A stretch of 64,000 nt of DNA from Eukaryota sp. TZLM1-RC (taxonomy: Eukaryota > Protista > Metamonada: BaSk clade): NCBI GenBank assembly GCA_040285825.1, contig JAUPSS010000001.1:372001-436000 (forward strand). Reading direction: 5' to 3'. Below the pieces are notes generated by a model. That model did no database searches. It saw only the letters and a list, made by a program, of their open reading frames with translations, and was not told the origin of the DNA. Within the stretch, counting starts at the first letter, position 1. Each line of letters opens with the position of its first letter. Below are positions 13,288 to 22,760 of this stretch, in pieces. Position numbers and translations under genes: made by a program.

Positions 13288-14125
13288 CTAGAATTCAATA
13301 TCCTCCAAACAAGCATCACTATTACTAAACCTACTCACAGCATTTGTTCATATTCTACACCAATAGCTAAAAGAGCTTTAGAAATCATTGTTGGAGCAGA
13401 CTTGAAAATGCAAAAAACAATTGTATTTAACCAGAAAATGGAATTCAACTTTTTACGAGATCTATTTTGCAATCCTTTTTTAAAATTTTCAAAAAGTGTA
13501 ATCCTGAAGGACCAATATTGCCAAAAAGAGAAATTGCAAACAGCACAAACTGATATTTCACATTTTCCACTCTACCTAATTGTGCCAATGGTTCTTCATA
13601 TTTTTTTATTTTCTTTTTTCGGCGTTAGATAGCACCGAATCTGCGGAATACACCAAAAGAGCAGTAGATTTTTTGCAGACATCTACTAAGACAACATCCA
13701 CAACGTTGACAACACCATCGATCCCTGGAGCCACTAACTCTGCCCTTCGTTCACCAAGGGAATCACCAGTTTGATGTGGAGACAGCTTACGTACTAACGG
13801 TTCAATAAAAGCCTCTATATTGAAACTTTTGCACATAGCATATAATTGATCACGAACTGAGTCATGAACAATTTAGCGATAAGTTATAACAAATTTGCAG
13901 TTTAAAATATGGGAAGGCGTCACCACATGCTTGCCGCGACAAATTAAATCATTTGGTAACGAACAAGGCCATAAGAAACAGCTCATTCTCATAGCAGTAG
14001 TTCATTGAAGATCATTGATTAGAAGGCCACAAATGTAGAAAAACTTGGGAGATTAGGTAACTTGAGCAACTGTCTTCAAGGTCAATCAAAAAGTTTACAA
14101 CAACGGGATTTTTTTTCTTTAGTCA
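13288..14125 (-). mobile_element. Decayed CRE-like RLE fragment
   Basis: VHDSVRD, FIEPLVRKL, ERRAEL, DV motifs, ending DACLEDIEF*. Confidence 0.75.
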
Positions 14126-14459
14126 ATATTAATGTATATATTAAGAAAATAGGACATAAATTCATCAAGAAGAGAGAAATTTGCATTAAAAAGTAACACA
14201 TTCAAAAAACTTTCTCAGAATTCAGAAGCTTCTTATTGTAATTTCTCCATATCAGACATTGATTTTAGAATAAAATTAATTTCATTTTTATAACATTCCT
14301 TCGTTAATTTTGATTGAGATATTATTATGTCATTGTCCCAAATAGACTCATATCTTAGGATTTAATCTTGTGGATTTAAAGTAGAATAGATGAGGTCTAA
14401 TTCAGAATTAGGGACATACTTCATCAAATTTTTTTATTTATTTTAATTTTATTCAAAAC

Positions 14460-14930
14460 CTACAAATCAACATCTAAAAAATCCATCTCTCCCAAAACAA
14501 AAACACTAGATGCAACTCTCTCATAGTGAGATCCAAGAGAAAGCAAAGCATCAGAAACCATCTTCAACATCCCCTTAAAAATAGAAAACACAATTCTATT
14601 TTGCCAAAACAATCTGTTGAAATTTCTGCCAGTTCTTCTCTTTACAATCATTTCAAAATCATCCAAAATCATAAAGCAGTTGGTGCAAGTGAACCAAAAA
14701 GGGAAAATACAAATGGATACAAATTGTATTTTGCATGCTGTAGACAGGCCAATTGGGACAAAGGTTCATTGTATTTTTTGAATTTGAAATTTTCAGCATT
14801 TGAAAGGGGATTATGTATTTCAGAATTAACTAGCCTTTCATTTGAGGCATTACAAGGATCAACAGACATTACATCCAATAAAATGAAACTTCCATCTAAT
14901 CCAGGTAATACAACATCACCTCTATTATTC
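14460..14930 (-). mobile_element. CRE-like 3' fragment (distinct family)
   Basis: RGD..LPG, DVMSVDP, KFKKY, FWQNRIVFSIFKG. Confidence 0.75.
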
Positions 14931-15215
14931 TTATATACTTACTTATATACTTCATCAAATTGAACATGACTTATCTTCATTAATCATCATTCATCAAATA
15001 CATCTTCAAATTACTAAGTACCTGTTTAATCCGTGACTCTCGCCTTGTTGTTGTTTAGAGAAGATAGGCAGGAGCATTATTTTTCACAATTGATCAAGTC
15101 TTGTGATAAAGAAAACACACACGTTGGTCTATCTAACAATGGCGACTTTTATCATTCTAATTGAATTGCATAAAGGAATAATAAACAGAAAAACACACTT
15201 GCCACAATTAGTAAG

Positions 15216-15984
15216 TCTACTGACGGAGTAATTGATCCATCCGCATATGAACCATCTGAAGGGCAACAACAAAGAATTGATCGAAACAGCAGTATAATTA
15301 ATCAAATGACTGAAAAAACAATTAGTTTATTAAAAGGAAAAGTACCTCAAGAAATCAATATTCCCCACGAAGTTGATTACTCATTAAACTTGGGAACTAC
15401 CGATTACACAACTAAATCTGTAGCAGAATGGGTAGCAACTTTATCCCAAATCGATTCCAAAGGCTGCAGGTTTGCCACATTTAAGGAGTATATTAAACAA
15501 AGGAATTTATGTCAATAATAATTGAGAACAACGAAAACATATGAAATTTAAAGAACCTACCAAAGGACAAGGATTGAGAATTTTGATCAAAAAAGCTGGT
15601 TATAAGGTCTTTTTATTGATGAGTTTCGAACCAGTTGCTGTTGTTTCAACTGCAAGAAAGCGGAGAAGACAGTTGAAACATTCTAATGGTGCAGAAATCC
15701 AAGGCCATGGAAGATGCATGAGGTGTATATTCGTCACGGGCTTACCATGTGTAAATCATGCAAAAGTTTGCGGAATAGAGATCAAAAGATAGAAATGCTT
15801 CACTGAATCAATTGGCAGTGATGGAAGTACATGTAAAAGGTGGAGATAGACCGGTACAACTGCAAAGATCAAGGTTGAAGTTTCAAAGAAAAAGGTAATA
15901 GGGAGAAAACTCAAAAACTCATACCCTCTACATTGGTGTAAAAAGGACACTTTTTCATTGTTTTAGACATCATCTGTAACAATG
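15216..15984 (+). mobile_element. Decayed Fanzor (TnpB-like RNA-guided nuclease) element, copy 1
   Basis: Across frames: KSVAEW..LS..FATFKEY, HMKFKEPTKGQG, (I)DEFRTSCCCFNC (RuvC-II + Zn finger), NPRPW, RHGLTMCKSC, NRD (RuvC-III). Homologous to 59277-60300. The 5' boundary is approximate. Confidence 0.8.
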
Positions 15985-16947
15985 GCGGATGAACCTACCC
16001 AAATCATTGATTTCTCAAACACTATCCGTCAGCTTTATGACAAGATTGGCCCCCTTGTAGAACTTTGTCGCGGGCTTTCAGTCTTTGTAGAAAACACCAC
16101 TAATCCTGATTCTGACAACAATGATTCTCTATCGTCAGAAGAAGCCACACAACTAAGTCAGATGCTATCTCGGGAAATATCTGCTGTTTTCAATACTGTC
16201 TCCAACGCTCACTCTGAATTAGCCCCCACTGAAGAAGAACAGCCATCAAACTCACCTATTTCTTCTCCAGCCAGGCCTCTCTGTGACAATTCATTGATAG
16301 ACGAATCTGAAGAACTCAACAACCAAATTGCCGAGCTCAAACTCACTGAACAAAAACTCCAAGTCCAGAACGAACTTTTAGCTTCGAAATGCGCTGTCCA
16401 AGAAGAGGAAATTCAAACCCTAACCGGGAAACTTCACGTAGCCCTAGATCAAGCAAGAGCATGGGATCAACTTTCAATGTCAACTACCAAGTCTCCACGT
16501 GGTTCTCTTCGTGCTGCCTATGCAGTGCTTGAACGTACACACGAGGAAACAGGTATTCTTGAGCAACGCCACAAGGAAGAAGTTGCAGCTCTTTTGAGTG
16601 ACGCTGACAGGAAGATTACCGCAATTACCCAAGCTTCTAACAAGCGAGAGGACGCTTTGGTTGAGGAGATTCAACGTCTAGATGAAAAAGTTCGTGGTCT
16701 TGAGGAGAAGATTGCCAAATTGAGAGAAGAGAAAATGGAAACAAAGAAAGATTTATCAGCTGAACGTAGAAAAAGAGATGCAATTATAAAAGAAAAGGAG
16801 AATGAGTACAAGACAGTAATTAAGACTCTGGAAAGGGCTAATAACGAACTAGCCTTGGAAAATGAAAGAATTTTGATTGGTAGGGGTTCAAGGTTGCTGC
16901 ATACTTATAAGTCACCAAGGGGATCCCCTTCAACACCCAGGCGATGA
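15982..16947 (+). CDS. Coiled-coil hypothetical protein
   Basis: 321-aa ATG ORF, E/K/L heptads, host-like composition. Confidence 0.75.
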   Translation: MADEPTQIIDFSNTIRQLYDKIGPLVELCRGLSVFVENTTNPDSDNNDSLSSEEATQLSQMLSREISAVFNTVSNAHSELAPTEEEQPSNSPISSPARPLCDNSLIDESEELNNQIAELKLTEQKLQVQNELLASKCAVQEEEIQTLTGKLHVALDQARAWDQLSMSTTKSPRGSLRAAYAVLERTHEETGILEQRHKEEVAALLSDADRKITAITQASNKREDALVEEIQRLDEKVRGLEEKIAKLREEKMETKKDLSAERRKRDAIIKEKENEYKTVIKTLERANNELALENERILIGRGSRLLHTYKSPRGSPSTPRR

Positions 16948-17403
16948 TGAAAAGTATTTTGTATCATGGTTAATAAATTATTTAGATGAAAATTAAATTA
17001 TTTTTATAAGAGATTAACCACAACACTCCGCATTGAACACCGATTAAGGGTTTTTTGTTTGTAAATGTCGCAACTAAGAAATAATCAAATATTTTAACGC
17101 ATTCAGATTGAATAAAAAGGAAAAAAGTGTGGTAATTAACAACACTGTAGTTTAATACTTGTTTGCTAACTTTGGCTCTACTTAAGATTTAAACCAAAAT
17201 GTACCATCCTTTGATTCAAACTATTTCTAAAAAGGGTGTCTGTTTAATGAATGTCAATTGTTCAAATGCCTGCAATGTATGCAATCCTGAGATGTTACAA
17301 CTTGGTGCGTGGATATTTTTCAATTTTCAAAAAATTATCAAATTTAATGTGGTCTGTTGAGTTCAAGAATGATTTAATTCAACTGTAAACCCGATCTCGA
17401 ATC

Positions 17404-18372
17404 ATGGAGCGTGTCTGTGTCTTGGGTGCTTGTGGGCGACCTGGGCTTGCTTGTACAACCGAGTTACTTCGTAGTGCCAAGATTCAAAAGATCATTTGTC
17501 CAGTTCCTTCTCCATGCTTTAAGCGTGAAATGAAGCATTTAGAGGAACTCAAAAGACTTCACTCAGAGAAGATTCAGCTTGAAAACCTGGATACTGATTC
17601 TCTGAACCAGGAATACATCAAGAATCTGCTAGATACTACCAACACCACTTCAGTTGTGATCGTGTTTAACTATAACCATTACCTATCTGATGATATTAAT
17701 CCTGATGATGCTTCTACAGAGGAATACGAAGCCGTTGCTGAGATTATCAGTGCCGTCAAAGACCTGGCAGACATCAAAACCGTGGTCTTCTCCTCATTGC
17801 TCAATGTAGATAACCCTGACTTCTCGATGGTTCCTCAATTTGTATCAAAACGAAATCAAGAAGAGCGTCTTAAATCTACACTTACTGGAAACAAGCATCT
17901 CCGAATAGTCCGATTTGGCTACTTTTTTGATAACTTTATGAGACCAAACTTCATAGGAAGATCTGGAATTATAAACTCACCACTACATAAAGACACAATT
18001 GTTTCAGGGATCTCCACTCAAGATGCTGGGCGAATATTGGCATCGGTTACTCTCAATCCTCAGACATTTGGACAAACAATTGATTGTGTAGCAGACACAT
18101 TTACTATTGGTCAGTTAGCACATCACTTAGGATTAGATGTAGACGACAGTCAGGTTGAAAGGACACGTCAAAACCTTCCACAAGCTGTAAGAAAGATGTA
18201 TGAACAATTTGATCAGGGTTTTTTCGTGGGCCAGTCATCTGTGGTCATTCCCTTTACACTTCACTCTTTTGAACACTGGATCTCTGATTCTATGAAAAAC
18301 TTGAAAACACAATTCAAAGGTAAGGTACATTTAGGTGGGGAAGTAGTAGCAACTGGTATTTCTACCCAATAG
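17404..18372 (+). CDS. NmrA-like NAD(P)-binding (atypical SDR) protein
   Basis: VCVLGACGRPG Rossmann motif, VVFSS, PQF.SK..EE.L, RFGYFFDNF, DAG. Confidence 0.8.
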   Translation: MERVCVLGACGRPGLACTTELLRSAKIQKIICPVPSPCFKREMKHLEELKRLHSEKIQLENLDTDSLNQEYIKNLLDTTNTTSVVIVFNYNHYLSDDINPDDASTEEYEAVAEIISAVKDLADIKTVVFSSLLNVDNPDFSMVPQFVSKRNQEERLKSTLTGNKHLRIVRFGYFFDNFMRPNFIGRSGIINSPLHKDTIVSGISTQDAGRILASVTLNPQTFGQTIDCVADTFTIGQLAHHLGLDVDDSQVERTRQNLPQAVRKMYEQFDQGFFVGQSSVVIPFTLHSFEHWISDSMKNLKTQFKGKVHLGGEVVATGISTQ

Positions 18373-19759
18373 CTGATGTTTGGATAAATGCACATGTTTT
18401 TGTCTTTTTGGTAATTGTAGCTAATGTTTTTCACCATCTTCACATTGGCGATATCATTGCATTTATCGTTGATTGTGACCATCCAGCAAGTAGTTGTTGT
18501 AATAGCATCTGAGTTCTAACTCAGTAAGACTTTATTTCATTTATAGTGCTACTGGTACTAGTCGAGGTACCAGTACTGGTACTGACTTGTGTTAGCCTTA
18601 TAATAGTGTATTTGTACTTTATTAAACTCCGCACATGTGTCGATGTTGAAGGACACTGATGTACCTTTGTCATAAATCGCTTCACTTTCAACTAATATGT
18701 CTAACCCTTCCAAACATTATCCCTTAGTTACTGAAGAGCCCGTTTGTGTATTACCACCCAGGTAAACCAAAACAAACTTGATGTGGAAAGTCAGTCATTC
18801 ACTAAGTCAATGTAATCAAAATTCAGTTAAGTAGTAGTTAATCAAATCATAATGGTAATAGAAAACGTTCCAAAAGCAGAGGAAAAAGTATCTCTTTTGA
18901 GTTTAATGCCGCCAAACAGCCGAGATTTCAAGAGGAATTCGTGTATAGTTTTCAGTAGAATATAAATAATAATTTAATCATCTATTCATGTAAGCTGATC
19001 GCTTTAGAAGATAAGCGAAGTATCATTGGATTCATTATTAATAATATAAGTACATTGTAAATACTCATGATAACAATTTTGTGCAGGTCAATAGATTTAA
19101 TTAGGAATCACCACCATTAGATTTTTCTAGGTTCAGCTAAGTTCTAATTATCAAATGTTTGGTTCAGATCCATAACCAGTTCACTGACTGTTATGTTATG
19201 AATTTTTTTCCTTGATAGTGAATTCAATAGATGTGTGAAGTGACAGAAAATAAATAAAAGTTATCCAATAACTAAAAAAAGATAATAAACTGTTGCTTCT
19301 CGCTCTGTCAAGTGTTAACATTCAGATTTTTCTCATCATTTTATTTCAATGAAATCACAAAGAATTTCTACTTGCAGTTCTCCTGACAAAATTCACAGTC
19401 TACAGTGTGGAGGTGGCACTCTCTTAGAGGACATTGAGAAAATTAGTTTGAATTTTTTTGTGAAATAATTAGGATTTGAGTAATTACTTAATGTAACAAA
19501 TGCCCAAAATCTCCACTCGAGTGAAAATGGTGTCGATTTGAGTCGTGTTCCACAAAATCTTCAAGAGGAAGTCGATTTCGAGTGAAACTCGTTTCCGCCT
19601 CTCATCTTAAACAACTCAGTGAACTAGATTGCTGTAAATAATTACTTTCAACAACAATTGAAACATACCAGTAACAGAAGGATAACATGGGAGGTGGATT
19701 TCAAAAGATTTTTTGAATCACGCCTCATTCAATTGTGCTCTCATCATATATGACTCATA

Positions 19760-20344
19760 ATGAGTCAGTCTCCGAGACATAAGACCCATAATGATTCGTT
19801 GAAGTATTCCCTTTTGAACTCCCCCCGATGGACCTTTGATGAGTTTAAGAAGCAATCATGTCTTTCTGTACAAACAGCTATTGATACGGTTGACACGAGT
19901 GCAGCATCTACTTCACCTAGATTTTCTAGACAAGACTTCACACCACAGTCTAAATATTCGATACCTTCTTCCTTAAAAAATAGTGTGGCTAAGCTTTCCG
20001 GCTCGCTCAGTAATACAGTTAATAAACCTGTACTCTCTCGAAGAAAGAACCTGTTGAATTCCCCATTAATTGGGATCAATACACAGAAATCGCCTGCATC
20101 ACCTTGCGCTTCTCTTCATTCTCCACACAACACCCCACGCCATCCTACATCATCCACATCATCCACTTCATCTCCTCGTTCCCATCTCAAGCCACCACCA
20201 GTCTCTCCACGAGTTAGATTGTCTACTTCTTTAGCAACGTCGACATCAGTTGTTTCTGGAGGAATATCAACACCAGATCTATGGAAGGGAAAGGGACTCC
20301 CTGTCCGAAGACCAGCTCTTACTAGTAGTAAACTGAGTTGTTGA
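19760..20344 (+). CDS. Ser/Pro-rich hypothetical protein
   Basis: 194-aa ATG ORF with many SP motifs. Confidence 0.55.
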   Translation: MSQSPRHKTHNDSLKYSLLNSPRWTFDEFKKQSCLSVQTAIDTVDTSAASTSPRFSRQDFTPQSKYSIPSSLKNSVAKLSGSLSNTVNKPVLSRRKNLLNSPLIGINTQKSPASPCASLHSPHNTPRHPTSSTSSTSSPRSHLKPPPVSPRVRLSTSLATSTSVVSGGISTPDLWKGKGLPVRRPALTSSKLSC

Positions 20345-20372
20345 GAGGTCGTGGTGTTCTTAATTTTTTCTA

Positions 20373-20467
20373 TTGTTTATTTTTCTATTGTTTATTTTTG
20401 AATTGTTTATTTTTGAATTGTTTATTTTTGAATTGTTTATTTTTGAATTGTTTATTTTTGAATTGTT
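20373..20467 (+). repeat. 15-bp minisatellite (TTGTTTATTTTTGAA), about 6 units
   Basis: Tandem period 15 seen directly. Confidence 0.9.
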
Positions 20468-20729
20468 TGGTTTCATTCATCTAGTAACAATGAATAATCA
20501 TAAACACTTCAGGCATTGTGTCATAAATTTCTCCTTTGCTGCTTCTTTTTTTGCTCTGATCCTCATTAATTCGAATTAGATTGCCAATTTATTTATGATC
20601 ATAACTACGTACATTTAATTTAATTTTACATCCCAAAACACTATAATAAGAGTCAATGGCTAGCATTCTCCCTGCCTGAATTCATATCCTTTCATCTTTT
20701 GTCTACACACTTGGTATATCAAGACTACA

Positions 20730-21383
20730 ATGCAGTTTGATTTCAGCTGCTTGGACATCGACGATGACGATGTTGTTCCATTCGAACCACTCTCTAATGT
20801 ATCAAAGCATGTTCCGTTTACAGGTTCTACTCCGACCCTAGGAACCCCTTCTTCAACCTCAAGGAATAGGTTTGAACGACTTCGCACCTCTGACCATCAA
20901 TCCCCAAAACAACCCCCAGTCCAACCCAACCCAAAACCCCCCTCCTCGCCTCCATGTCATACCACATTATCTAACCACCCAATCCTTATCTCCACGGTGC
21001 TCACCTCTCTATCCATTCCCTCTTCCCTTCAACCTGATCTACAAACCCTCCTTATGTCTCTTCCAACTTCTACTACCTTTAACCTTCGTTTCTTTGCAGG
21101 TGTTGTTGTTTCCTTAGAACCCCAGCCTGAAGCGCTTTTGACAACTTTATCTGATGGCAAGGGCACTATTCATTGTCTCCTTCACTGTACGGTCTTGGAA
21201 CAATTCAGCCTTAGTTTGGATAGTGTTTTGGTTGTGAAGAATTGCGTGGTGTTGAATAGGGCATGTCCTGTTATTATTGTCTCCTTAAAAAATTTGGTCA
21301 TTATCCGTGACTTTGGTGAACAGGAAGTAGATGTTGATTATAGTTCTGCTTACTTGAATTTAACTTCTAGTGCTGTTAGTTGA
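20730..21383 (+). CDS. HROB/DUF4539-like OB-fold protein
   Basis: LSDGKGTIHCLLH..VL....L...SVLVVKNC.V....NLV matches the HROB OB-fold pattern; disordered N-terminus. Confidence 0.55.
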   Translation: MQFDFSCLDIDDDDVVPFEPLSNVSKHVPFTGSTPTLGTPSSTSRNRFERLRTSDHQSPKQPPVQPNPKPPSSPPCHTTLSNHPILISTVLTSLSIPSSLQPDLQTLLMSLPTSTTFNLRFFAGVVVSLEPQPEALLTTLSDGKGTIHCLLHCTVLEQFSLSLDSVLVVKNCVVLNRACPVIIVSLKNLVIIRDFGEQEVDVDYSSAYLNLTSSAVS

Positions 21384-22353
21384 GGTTTTCTTATCTTGTA
21401 TTTTCCAAGTTCTATTTTTTATTTTTTATTTTCTTAATTGATATTATTTGACTATTCCCTTATCTTTTTGATGTTTCATAATTCTATTTTGCCCCAAATC
21501 TGTTAATTTGAAATTGTTTTAAAATTTAAATACTTTTATTGGTTTTACTTGGATGGTTGAACAAGACAGTTCAAGACCTTGAACCTTTATTTGTGTAAAT
21601 TCTACCTTGTTTTAATATTAAAACATTCTAGTGTCTTCTTATCAGAAGCTAATTGACATTGAAACTGTTATTTTTATTTCCTTTTTATATGTAGATTGCG
21701 AATTCTCAATCCAATATTAACAATAAATGAAAATCCTTGGTAAGACAAAATTCTTCTGAACCACAACCCCTCCATTTCCTCAAGATGTGCTCCGTCAATG
21801 ACACATTTCGAAATAAATAAATATTTTATTAAACTTCAAGCTTTATTGAATTACATTGATCAAAATCTTCCCAAATTCCGATATCCTTCCTACCTCACTC
21901 TTCCTTCGATTCAAAAACAATATCAACCCAGTGAAGTTGACCTATTGGATTCAAAAACCCGTCAATGCACTTTTGGACAATTTTGAAACAAGATCCTTCC
22001 GGGGCAGAGATGTTCTTCCCTTGACTTATTTTCGCATTTGACTGATGTCAGAGATTTGTTTGGGTATCCGTTGAATTATGTTGTTGGTTTACTATAGTTT
22101 TGTTTATTGTTTATTAAAATTGTTGACCTTGAAATGATTTATTGATCCAATTGACCAATTGTTTCATACTTACATCGAATAGTTGATGTTCCATAGAAAT
22201 AAAAGAAGGACAAAATCAGCAATATTTGAAGTATATTATTTATATATATTCACTTGAAACCACTCAAAGCATTCCCCAAAAACGTCAAGGCAAAATTCTC
22301 AAGAAGTTCAACATCTGAGAATATCGTGGTCTTATTCTGGTTTTAAATCTATT

Positions 22354-22740
22354 TTGGAATTGTACAAACGAAAAAAATATGCAAATCCTTTAAAAGAATT
22401 GAAACATGTTCGCCATGTAGATTACCAAATTTGCCCATTTGCTATATCATTATATGGTCGTCTTGGAAAAACTGCTATGAATTTTATTGATGATTTTGAA
22501 AACCTTGTAAAAAGAAGAATGAATAAGCGTTTTGATCGTCGCTTGTGGCTAAATCGTATTGTTTTTACTAATTTCAAATCAATTCCTAGAATGATTTCGA
22601 AAGTTTTGATGTCTGTCAGTGCACATTACGAAGACATTGCTGCTGTGAGGTTTGATGGTGTGGAAGCTTGTTTTGAAGATATTGACTTTTAGACTGTGGT
22701 TTGGAAAATAAATTAAAATAACATAAAATTTTTTTTGGAA
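22354..22740 (+). mobile_element. CRE-like 3' fragment
   Basis: KRKKY, PFAISLYGRLG, WLNRIVF, FEDIDF*. Confidence 0.75.
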
Positions 22741-22760
22741 TTGGCTCACCACACAAAAAC

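Noticed and set aside
15956-15984. Hairpin-ATG motif as a general spliced leader or Kozak element
   Set aside because: Absent upstream of the other genes checked and found only with Fanzor remnants.
20373-20579. ORF with a FELFI repeat; CRISPR-like periodicity
   Set aside because: Spacerless 15-bp minisatellite; the ORF is a by-product.
21727-22080. Possible small spliced gene or pseudogene
   Set aside because: Could not build a consistent exon model or recognise a family.
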